Counted from the first letter of the stretch, positions 19,610-29,174 are shown. The stretch is 64,000 bases of DNA from an uncultured Cognatishimia sp. (GCA_964021645.1 CAXIAD010000001.1:866-64865); one strand, 5' to 3'. A program made the numbers and translations. The notes: a model not told the origin generated them from the letters alone.

Positions 19610-20285
19610 GGCGCGCAGGCACGGGAGCCGGGTTGTCGGCTTTGGTATTGCGGCGATTGTGATCATTCTTTTGACGGCGGCGATCTGGTTGTTTCTGACA
19701 TTGCCGGATGGAAACGCGTTTAATGCGCGGGTCGAGGCGATCTTTGTTGAGAATGATGATCTGACGCAGCAGGCAGAAATCAAGCTGTTAGAAATACTGG
19801 CGCAATCAGGCACGGCCTTTGCGGATACGCTGACCAGCTACAGGGTGGTGATATTTGTGCTATTGGCCTTTGCCACGGGGATGATGATCGCGGCCTTGGT
19901 GTTTTTGGTGATGTTGATCACGATGAACCGGCGCATGGCGCAAATTGAGCGGTCAGGCATTCAGGTGAATTCGCTGTTGATCAGTCGCGATGAGAAAAAG
20001 GTTTATCTGAACAACATGGGTTTCACCCTGACAGGGGCTGCAATGGAGACATTGTCGGTCTTGGCTGAGGCGCGGATGGATGATGATGTGTTGTCCGGTA
20101 TCGAGATCGAGGCGGTGATTTCAGGCAAGGCGCAGGCCGATTGCGATGAGGCAGCCGGGGCGACACGGATCAAACGCTTGCGGGATTCGCTGGGGAACCA
20201 GATGGTCAGTGAGCTATTGGTCAAGAACATCGCCCGGCGGGGGTATATGTTGGGCATTGATAAAGACGTGATTAAAGTGTTGTGA
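19581..20285 (+). CDS. Membrane-anchored transcriptional regulator: two TM helices plus a C-terminal OmpR/PhoB-type winged-helix domain
   Basis: GTG 19581 lies behind AGGAAG. Predicted TM helices are VVGFGIAAIVIILLTAAIWLFLTL and VVIFVLLAFATGMMIAALVFLVMLITM. The C-terminal ~95 aa (LLISRDEKKVYLNNMGFTLTGAAMETLSVLAE....ATRIKRLRDSLG....IARRGYML) fit the trans_reg_C pattern by eye. Confidence 0.55.
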   Translation: MQGNSSSAIEARRHGSRVVGFGIAAIVIILLTAAIWLFLTLPDGNAFNARVEAIFVENDDLTQQAEIKLLEILAQSGTAFADTLTSYRVVIFVLLAFATGMMIAALVFLVMLITMNRRMAQIERSGIQVNSLLISRDEKKVYLNNMGFTLTGAAMETLSVLAEARMDDDVLSGIEIEAVISGKAQADCDEAAGATRIKRLRDSLGNQMVSELLVKNIARRGYMLGIDKDVIKVL

Positions 20286-20290
20286 TTTGG

Positions 20291-20336
20291 ATCAGGGGCT
20301 CTGCCCCTCGCGTTGAAATGCGGCGCATTTCAACGC
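20291..20336. repeat. GC-rich double-hairpin element (possible dispersed intergenic repeat / terminator)
   Basis: GGGGC-tct-GCCCC (20295-20307), followed by the 13+13 nt perfect inverted repeat GCGTTGAAATGCG-g-CGCATTTCAACGC (20310-20336), then CCCCCCGGGATATTT...AGAAGAAG. Confidence 0.4.
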
Positions 20337-20417
20337 TCCCCCCGGGATATTTATGCTCAGAAGAAGTGTTGACCTTTGAGGGGGAAAGCGATGTTTTGAT
20401 CAGGGATAGGGGAATTT

Positions 20418-21632
20418 ATGGTCTGGCCGTCAAATCAAAGTGATCTAGAAGCACAGCGCGAAGACTGGCGCGCGCGTTACCGGGAGAGCGATGCCGCCGC
20501 CGGGATTGAAACGACCGAGGGTTTTGCGCCGTTTTCGCAGCGCAATGATATGTTCACGCGGGCGTTTTGGGATGAGACGGTGCGCAGCAAATTCACCGAT
20601 GGGTTCTTTGCCAGCTACCGAATGAAAGCCACCTACCGTAAGGGCGACGGGTTTCTGCAAAAGGATTTTGCGCTGCGCAATGCCAGTTGGCTGATTTCTG
20701 ATGTCATCAGCAATCGGGGCGCGGATACGGGGCGACGTGAGGGGTTTCAGGCCCCAATCGCCTGTGACACGCCTGTTGCCGAGGCGCAGGTGGAAATTGA
20801 CGACCCCGTAAAAATGGCCGCCGAGGTTAAGCGTGTGGCCAAATTTTTTGGTGCCGATTTAGCTGGTGTCACGGATATGGACACGCGCTGGTTATATGCC
20901 TCACGGGTGGATACGCGGGATTTTTCTGAGGCGGAGAATGATCTGCCCGAAGGATTAACCAGTGTCATCGTGTTGGGCCATCAGATGGATAAGGAATTGG
21001 TGGCGACCTACCCATCCGCCCTTGCCGGAGCGGCGACGGGACGGGAATATTCGCATGAGGCCGCGATTGTCATGCAATTGGCCGCCTATATTCGTAATTT
21101 GGGCTATGAGGCCGTGGCCTCGATGAACGACACCGGATTGGTGATTCCCTATGCGATCAAGGCGGGCATGGGCGAATATGCCCGCAATCAGCTGGTAATC
21201 ACGCCTGAGTTTGGGCCGCGTCTGCGGTTTTCAAAGATATTCACCAACCTGCCGCTGTCACATGATGCGCCCAAGAAATCCGGCGTTGAGGAGTTTTGCA
21301 ACATTTGCACCCGTTGTGCGGAGGCCTGCCCGGCCAAGGCGCTGCCCTTTGGGCCCAAGGAAGTCAGCGGCGGGGACGCTGTCTCCTCTATCAAAGGGGT
21401 GAAGAAGTGGACCTCCGACGCCAAGGCGTGTTTTGGGTATTGGGCCAAGCTAAGCACAGATTGCGCGATCTGCATGCGGGTCTGCCCGTTTAATCGCGAT
21501 TTCACCACATGGCGGGATCGGGTGTGGCTAAAGCTGGCGCTGTCACCTTGGCGCAAATGGGCATTGTGGTGGGATGTGAAATCAGAGCGCGCGGCGCGTT
21601 TGAAGCCCAAGGATTGGTGGGCGGCAAAGTAG
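20418..21632 (+). CDS. Reductive dehalogenase-like protein (RdhA/QueG superfamily, two [4Fe-4S] motifs), cytoplasmic type
   Basis: 404 aa. 'VAKFFGADLAGVTD', then CNICTRCAEACP (CxxCxxCxxxCP), and further downstream KAC...CAICMRVCPFNRD. There is no twin-arginine leader and no adjacent rdhB-like anchor gene. Confidence 0.65.
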   Translation: MVWPSNQSDLEAQREDWRARYRESDAAAGIETTEGFAPFSQRNDMFTRAFWDETVRSKFTDGFFASYRMKATYRKGDGFLQKDFALRNASWLISDVISNRGADTGRREGFQAPIACDTPVAEAQVEIDDPVKMAAEVKRVAKFFGADLAGVTDMDTRWLYASRVDTRDFSEAENDLPEGLTSVIVLGHQMDKELVATYPSALAGAATGREYSHEAAIVMQLAAYIRNLGYEAVASMNDTGLVIPYAIKAGMGEYARNQLVITPEFGPRLRFSKIFTNLPLSHDAPKKSGVEEFCNICTRCAEACPAKALPFGPKEVSGGDAVSSIKGVKKWTSDAKACFGYWAKLSTDCAICMRVCPFNRDFTTWRDRVWLKLALSPWRKWALWWDVKSERAARLKPKDWWAAK

Positions 21633-21635
21633 CCG

Positions 21636-22475
21636 CTAATTTGCCAAACCAATAACGACGATGCCTGTGGCGACAATGCCTCCGGCCATCATGCGATTAA
21701 ACATCGGCCCTTCGCGAAACCAAAACACGCCAATTAGGGCGGCAAAAATCACCGAGGTTTCGCGCAGGGCAGAGACAATGCCCAGCGGTGAAAATGTGGC
21801 GGCGTAAAGCACGATGCCGTAGGCGGCGAGCGAGATGACGCCGCCGAAAAAGCCCATGGACAGCGCCTTGATCGAGGTTTGGCGTACACGGTCCATGCGC
21901 GTCGCGAAAACAAACACCACCACCAGAATTTCGGCCACAGAATGCCACGCGATATAGGAGAGTGCGTGGCCGGATACGCGCGCGCCCACACCATCAACCA
22001 GCGAATAGCCGGAAATACAGATTCCCACCCCGCAAGCAGAGACCAATCCCAATGCAGAGGCCCCTTGGCGAATGACGCCACCTGCCAAAAACATGATGCC
22101 GCCGGATACGCCAAGAATGCCAAGCCAGACCATAGGCGGCAGCACCTCCCCCACCCAGAATTGCGCGCCAAGGGCGATCAGCACAGGCGATAAGCCCCGC
22201 GCAATCGGATAGGACAGGCTAAGGTCGCCATATCGGTAGGCAATATTCAACAGAAAGTAATAGCCCCAGTGAATGACACTTGAGGCGAGGATATAGGGAA
22301 CCGATTCCCATGACGGCAGGGGCACAACGCAGACGATCAGCACGCCGGGTATAAAATGACCCAGTGCAATCATGCCCAACATGATTGTTTTATCGGTCGC
22401 GCCCTTAACCACAGCATTCCAAAGCGCATGCAAAAGGGCCGCGGACAACACCATCGCAACGGTTAGTAGGGTCAT
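21636..22475 (-). CDS. EamA/DMT family transporter
   Basis: 279 aa with about 10 TM helices. The N-terminus 'LSAALLHALWNAVVKG' is typical of EamA repeats. Confidence 0.8.
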   Translation of the reverse strand: MTLLTVAMVLSAALLHALWNAVVKGATDKTIMLGMIALGHFIPGVLIVCVVPLPSWESVPYILASSVIHWGYYFLLNIAYRYGDLSLSYPIARGLSPVLIALGAQFWVGEVLPPMVWLGILGVSGGIMFLAGGVIRQGASALGLVSACGVGICISGYSLVDGVGARVSGHALSYIAWHSVAEILVVVFVFATRMDRVRQTSIKALSMGFFGGVISLAAYGIVLYAATFSPLGIVSALRETSVIFAALIGVFWFREGPMFNRMMAGGIVATGIVVIGLAN

Positions 22476-22707
22476 GATGTTGGTCCTGAATGGCGGGGGT
22501 GTTTGGGCAAGGCTGGCGGGGCGGAGATTGGTAGGTGTCGTGTCGATATGCCTAAGTGTTTTGCATCCATTCCTGACTCAGGAAAATCGCGAAACGCTTT
22601 GGTCGGTCGAAGTGTCGCCTTTGTCCGCTTTGCAGATAGATATGTAAAATCGTTATAATCTATCCTAACATATGGAAATATTATAATTGATCCGGGGGGC
22701 CAGCCAG

Positions 22708-23595
22708 GTGCGCTATAGTCAGATCAGGGCATTTCATAATGTGGCCATACATGGGGGGTTTTCCCGTGCAGCGGAGGCCGTGTTTCAGACACAACCTGCC
22801 TTGTCAGAACAGGTGCGGCGGTTAGAGCAAGAGTATGATGTGCTGCTGTTTAACCGCGAAAAAAAGCGCGTGCAGTTGACCCCTGCGGGGGAGCGGTTGT
22901 TGGTGCTGAGCAAGCGGTTTTTCGAAGCTGAGGATCATATGGAGGATTACCTAAGTGAAACCCGCGCCGCCATTGATGGCACCCTGCGCATTGTCGCGGA
23001 TTCTGCACATCATGTGACCGCCTATCTTAGCCGGTTTCGCCAGCGTCATCCCGATGTGTTCATTTCGGTGAAAACGGGCAATACCGCCGAGGTGCTAAAG
23101 GAATTGCGCAATTATACTGCTGAGATCGGGATCGTTGGCAGCATGGGTCCGGGGCCGGATTTTGACTGTGTGTCGCTGGGGTCAACGTCGATTGTGGCGT
23201 TTTGCGCGGTTGGGTATTTGCCCGAACATGTGCGGGGTTTGCGGCTGCAAGATCTGGGGCAATACCCGTTGGTGTTTCGTGAAGAAGGCTCAAGAACTCG
23301 GCAAAAACTGGCGGATGCGGCCCAAGCGCAGAAGGTGGCTTTGCGCCCGGCCCTTGAGGTTGAAGGGCGCGAGGCGATGCGTGATGTCGTGGCCTCGGGG
23401 TCGGGTATTGGGTTCGTATCAGAAGCGGAGTTCGGCAATGACGCCCGCTTGGTTAAAATCCCGCTGGAGGGCATTGATCTGCGGATGAGCGAAACCATGG
23501 TCACACTTACGGCGCGCAAAGAGGTGCGGATCATCCGCGCCTTTATGGAATGTGTGCGGGAGTTGGGCGCTGACGAAGAAAGCCTATTGGTGTAA
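22708..23595 (+). CDS. LysR family transcriptional regulator
   Basis: N-terminal HTH 'VRYSQIRAFHNVAIHGGFSRAAEAVFQTQPALSEQVRRLEQEY'. GTG 22708 was chosen (the track start 22687 is TTG). Divergent from the EamA gene. Confidence 0.85.
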   Translation: MRYSQIRAFHNVAIHGGFSRAAEAVFQTQPALSEQVRRLEQEYDVLLFNREKKRVQLTPAGERLLVLSKRFFEAEDHMEDYLSETRAAIDGTLRIVADSAHHVTAYLSRFRQRHPDVFISVKTGNTAEVLKELRNYTAEIGIVGSMGPGPDFDCVSLGSTSIVAFCAVGYLPEHVRGLRLQDLGQYPLVFREEGSRTRQKLADAAQAQKVALRPALEVEGREAMRDVVASGSGIGFVSEAEFGNDARLVKIPLEGIDLRMSETMVTLTARKEVRIIRAFMECVRELGADEESLLV

Positions 23596-24393
23596 CAGGC
23601 GCGCACGCAAAAGATTGCCCAGCCCAGAAACCGCGAACAAGGTTGCCGCGAGGCAGACAATCGTTGGGCCGGTTGGGGTATCCAGATAGAACGCCAATTT
23701 TAGCCCGCCGAGCACAGAAATGACACCCAGCAAGGCCGCGATCAGCGCCATGCGCTCTGGTGTTTGGGCAAAGGGGCGCGCGGTGGCGGCGGGGATCAAG
23801 AGCATGGCCGAGATCAGCAAAACGCCCACAACCTTGATCGCGACGGCAACCACCAGCGCAAGTGCCACTGTCAGCACAAATTGTTCGCGCTTGGGATCAA
23901 TCCCCGAGGCATAGGCAAGATCAGGGTTCAGCGTTGCCGTCAACAGGGCAGACCAACGCCACCAAAGCAGGCCAAGCACGATTAGCGCACCGCCCCAGAT
24001 GACGGTCAAATCCATGCGCCCCACCGCCAGAATATCGCCAAACAGATAGGCCATCAAATCAATGCGCACCCCCTGAAGAAAGGAGACCGCAACCAGACCA
24101 AAAGCGAGTGCGGAATGCGCCATCACCCCCAGTAAGGTATCCATCGCATAGCCACGTCCGCTAAGCACGGAAACCACAGTGGCCATCACCAGTGATACGG
24201 CCAGCACGCCGCCGAAAACCGAGGTGGAAAACCCGAGTGCAAGCGCCACTCCCAAGATGGAGGCATGCGCCGTGGCATCACCAAAATAGGCCATGCGGCG
24301 CCACACGACGAAACAGCCAAGCGGGGCAGCGGCCAAGGCGACGCCAACACCTGCAAGGGCGGCGCGCAGCATGAAATCATCTAGAAAGCTCAT
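23584..24393 (-). CDS. znuB: Zinc ABC transporter permease
   Basis: 269 aa, multi-TM ABC-3 family. It lies in the zur-znuC-znuB operon, and its start overlaps the znuC stop. Confidence 0.85.
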   Translation of the reverse strand: MSFLDDFMLRAALAGVGVALAAAPLGCFVVWRRMAYFGDATAHASILGVALALGFSTSVFGGVLAVSLVMATVVSVLSGRGYAMDTLLGVMAHSALAFGLVAVSFLQGVRIDLMAYLFGDILAVGRMDLTVIWGGALIVLGLLWWRWSALLTATLNPDLAYASGIDPKREQFVLTVALALVVAVAIKVVGVLLISAMLLIPAATARPFAQTPERMALIAALLGVISVLGGLKLAFYLDTPTGPTIVCLAATLFAVSGLGNLLRARLLHQ

Positions 24394-25205
24394 GATGCGG
24401 CCTCGTTTTTATGGGTGGATTTGTGGGTATGATCCAGCCCGGTAATGGTGCCGTCGCATGTGCCATCGGAATGGTCATGATCGTGCTCACACGTGTGATC
24501 GTGGGTGTGGTTATGTTCGTGGCGATACAGCGCCAACGCGCCTTGGGTGCCGGTGCCAAACAGGGCGCGGTATTCGGGAGCGGAGGCGACGTGCTCTGGT
24601 TCGCCCTCGCAGCAGACGTGGCCATTCAGGCAAATCACCCGATCAGAGGCGGCCATGACCACGTGCAATTCGTGGCTGACCATCAAAACCGCGCAGCCCA
24701 ATGTTTGACGCACGTCTTCGATCTGACGATAAAAGGCGGCGGAACCGGGTTGATCAAGGCCTTGTGTCGCCTCATCCAATATCAGGAGTTGCGGGTCATT
24801 CAGCAGCGCGCGCGCCAAAAGAACCCGCTGGAATTGCCCGCCCGATAGGCCCGACATTTGGCGCGGAGCCAAGGCCCCTACCCCTGCTTTGGTCAGAACC
24901 TCGGTCGCGCGGGCATCACTCACACGATTGGGCAGGCTAAGGAAACGGCGCACGGTCATGGGCAGCGTGGGGTCGATATGCAGCTTTTGCGGCACATAGC
25001 CGATCCGCAGATTCGGGGCCTGAGTGACATGGCCTTTGCTGGGTTTTATCGCCCCGATGATCGTGTGCAGCAGCGTCGATTTACCAGAGCCATTTGGCCC
25101 GACAATCGTCACGATCTCTCCCGGCTGAAAATGCAGGGTAATATTGCTAAGGATGGTATTTCCGCCACGGCGCACAGTCACGTCGGTCACGTCAACGAGG
25201 CTCAT
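24390..25205 (-). CDS. znuC: Zinc ABC transporter ATP-binding protein with His-rich C-terminal tail
   Basis: Starting at ATG 25205 gives MSLVDVTDVTVRR.. Walker A GPNGSGKST, signature LSGGQFQR, Walker B LLILDE. The ATGA overlap with the zur stop supports this start. The track ORF's 47-aa Arg-rich extension was rejected. Tail: HEHNHTHDHTCEHDHDHSDGTCDGTITGLDHTHKSTHK. Confidence 0.85.
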   Translation of the reverse strand: MSLVDVTDVTVRRGGNTILSNITLHFQPGEIVTIVGPNGSGKSTLLHTIIGAIKPSKGHVTQAPNLRIGYVPQKLHIDPTLPMTVRRFLSLPNRVSDARATEVLTKAGVGALAPRQMSGLSGGQFQRVLLARALLNDPQLLILDEATQGLDQPGSAAFYRQIEDVRQTLGCAVLMVSHELHVVMAASDRVICLNGHVCCEGEPEHVASAPEYRALFGTGTQGALALYRHEHNHTHDHTCEHDHDHSDGTCDGTITGLDHTHKSTHKNEAAS

Positions 25206-25690
25206 GTGGGGGAGGTATCCTGACAATTGGGGCAGACGCCCTCTGCCTCGACAACGGCGCGTTCGATGGTGAAGCCTGCGTTTTTTGCGAGGTGGCCGAA
25301 CATGCTGATGGGGGTATCTGCCTGCGCCTCGGCAACCGACGCGCAAATGCGGCAGATCATGAACACGGGCGCATGGGCCGTGCCGGGATGTGAACAGGCG
25401 GCAAAGGCATTCAGGCGCTCAATCTTATGGGCGAAGCCGTTGGAGACCAGAAAATCCAAGGCACGGTAGGCCACAGGTGGTTGCGAGCCTAGCCCCTCTT
25501 CGCGCAGCATATCGAGGATTTCATAGGCTCCAAGAGCGCGGTGTTCAGCGAGCAAGAATTCGAGCACACGGCGGCGCACGGGGGTGAATTGCAACCCTGC
25601 ATCACGACATTGAGCATCAACCGCCGCGATGCCATCCTGAATACAGCACGCATGGTCGTGCCGTTCAAATCCTATGGTTTCCAATGACAC
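25202..25690 (-). CDS. zur: Fur family zinc uptake regulator
   Basis: 162 aa, GTG start preceded by AAGGA. Fur-family fold with CxxC pairs (..MICRIC.. and ..CPNC..). First gene of zur-znuCB, divergent from znuA. Confidence 0.85.
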   Translation of the reverse strand: MSLETIGFERHDHACCIQDGIAAVDAQCRDAGLQFTPVRRRVLEFLLAEHRALGAYEILDMLREEGLGSQPPVAYRALDFLVSNGFAHKIERLNAFAACSHPGTAHAPVFMICRICASVAEAQADTPISMFGHLAKNAGFTIERAVVEAEGVCPNCQDTSPT

Positions 25691-25693
25691 ATT

Positions 25694-25744
25694 CCTTGTT
25701 CGGGTCTTGCTCGGGTCTTGCTCGGGTCTTGCTCGGGTCTTGTT
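25694..25744. repeat. 11-bp tandem repeat CGGGTCTTGCT x4 (last copy has 1 mismatch) plus a partial leading copy
   Basis: Copies at 25701-25711, 25712-25722, 25723-25733 and 25734-25744 (CGGGTCTTGTT). A partial CCTTGTT lies at 25694-25700. The array is immediately 5' of the zur RBS/start on the minus strand. Confidence 0.9.
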
Positions 25745-25771
25745 CGTGGATTTATTAGGTAGATTGCCACT

Positions 25772-25786
25772 TGATATATTATAACA
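25772..25786. promoter_or_regulatory. Candidate Zur box (imperfect palindrome TGATAT-ATT-ATAACA)
   Basis: AT-rich 6-3-6 palindrome in the zur/znuA divergent region. It shares the ATAACA half-site with the perfect box 38 bp downstream. Confidence 0.4.
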
Positions 25787-25809
25787 CTCAGGTTAACAAG
25801 CCTTCGATA

Positions 25810-25824
25810 TGTTATAAAATAACA
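25810..25824. promoter_or_regulatory. Candidate Zur box (perfect palindrome TGTTAT-AAA-ATAACA)
   Basis: Perfect 6-3-6 inverted repeat 12 bp upstream of the znuA ATG. Fur-family operators are AT-rich palindromes of this style, and the location between zur-znuCB and znuA is as expected. Confidence 0.55.
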
Positions 25825-25836
25825 CAAGGTCGTGCT

Positions 25837-26823
25837 ATGCGCAATTTACTCTCTTTGGTTTCTACCGCTTTTCTTTCGCTGTCGTTTGGACAGCCAGTGC
25901 TGGCGGATACATCTGCGCAGGCATTGCGTGTCGCCACCGATATCCCGCCGGTGCACTCTTTGGTGGCGCAGGTCATGGGCGATCTGGGTACGGTTGATTT
26001 GGTCATGCGGCCCGGTGCCTCTCCGCATAGTTATGCGATGCGACCATCCGAGGCTGCGGCCTTGGCGGGGGCGGATGTCGTGTTTTGGATCGGGGAACCG
26101 TTGACGCCATGGTTGGGGAAATCGTTGAGCACCCTCGCGACAGATGCGCGTGTCGTTGAATTGCTGGACGTGGCGGGCACAACGACATTGGCCTTTCGTG
26201 AGGGGGTGACGTTTGAACATGATGAGCATGACGATGAAGAAGTCGGCGCGCATAACGATGATGATCACGACAGCGACGATCATGAAGAAGAGGAGCATCA
26301 TGACCACCACGAAGGTGTTGATCCGCACGCGTGGTTAGACCCGGAAAATGGCAAGATATGGCTAGATGCGATTGCTGCCGAATTGGGCCAGCTTGATCCA
26401 GTAAACGCCGCGCAGTATCGCCAAAATGCGATGACCGCCAAGGCCGAGCTGGAAGGGCTGATAGCGGGCATTCACGCAAGGTTAGAGCCGCATTCTGAGG
26501 CGCGGTTTGTGGTATTTCATGACGCCTATCACTATTTTGAAAACCGGTTTGGGGTGAGCGCGCTGGGGGCGATATCCTTGGGGGATGCGTCTGATCCCAG
26601 CCCGTCGCGCATCGTGCAGATTCGCCAAGCCGTGGTTGATGCAAATGTCAGTTGTGTCTTTGCCGAGCCGCAATTCAACACCGATTTGATCACTGCCGTG
26701 ACCGAGGGAACACAAGCGCGCACCGCCTTGATTGATCCGTTGGGGGTGGGGATTGAAACCGGCGCTGCGCATTACAAAAAGACGTTGTCACAAATCACCG
26801 ATAGTATGGTCGCCTGTTTCTAG
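25837..26823 (+). CDS. znuA: Zinc ABC transporter substrate-binding protein
   Basis: 328 aa from ATG 25837. Signal peptide MRNLLSLVSTAFLSLSFGQPVLA. Cluster A-I SBP with the acidic/His-rich loop EHDEHDDEEVGAHNDDDHDSDDHEEEEHHDHHEGVDPH characteristic of ZnuA. Confidence 0.9.
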   Translation: MRNLLSLVSTAFLSLSFGQPVLADTSAQALRVATDIPPVHSLVAQVMGDLGTVDLVMRPGASPHSYAMRPSEAAALAGADVVFWIGEPLTPWLGKSLSTLATDARVVELLDVAGTTTLAFREGVTFEHDEHDDEEVGAHNDDDHDSDDHEEEEHHDHHEGVDPHAWLDPENGKIWLDAIAAELGQLDPVNAAQYRQNAMTAKAELEGLIAGIHARLEPHSEARFVVFHDAYHYFENRFGVSALGAISLGDASDPSPSRIVQIRQAVVDANVSCVFAEPQFNTDLITAVTEGTQARTALIDPLGVGIETGAAHYKKTLSQITDSMVACF

Positions 26824-26830
26824 CACGGTG

Positions 26831-28934
<2,104 letters not shown>

Positions 28935-29174
28935 CATTGCTGAACGTGTTTGGCGTGTTGGGGCACGTCAGATAAAACGGCAATGCCTGGCCATGTTGGG
29001 GTGGAAAACAGTCTCTAACATGGTCAAAACGCTCTTTGCTGCACGCGGCAGGTGTCATTGGCGTTTGTCAGGCGCGAGGGGTGATTGGGCCGTTTGAATG
29101 TCGACGCTATTCAAACGCTGCGGTCTGGCTTATCGATGGGTTAGGACATTTCGCAAGAGATCGGACACCCATCT

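Noticed and set aside
22640-22686. AT-rich sequence upstream of the LysR gene (GATATGTAAAATCGTTATAATC... with TTATAAT-n20-ATTATAA inverted repeat), considered as a third Zur box because of its similarity to GATATGTTATAA.
   Set aside because: It lacks the 6-3-6 TGTTAT/ATAACA palindrome geometry. It is more simply explained as the divergent promoter/LysR autoregulatory region (T-N11-A-type sites) between the EamA and LysR genes.
25206-25346. 47-aa Arg-rich N-terminal extension of the znuC ORF (MRVGCRGAGRYPHQHVRPPRKKRRLHHRTRR...).
   Set aside because: It overlaps the 3' end of zur in another frame. The internal ATG at 25205 gives a normal ABC ATPase N-terminus and a classic ATGA overlap with the zur stop. 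The extension looks like out-of-frame translation.
25694-25744. Considered whether the 11-bp tandem repeat could be a CRISPR-like array or part of a coding repeat.
   Set aside because: The units are directly abutting with no spacers and are far too short. There are no cas genes, and no ORF spans the array. It is kept only as a tandem repeat and regulatory curiosity.
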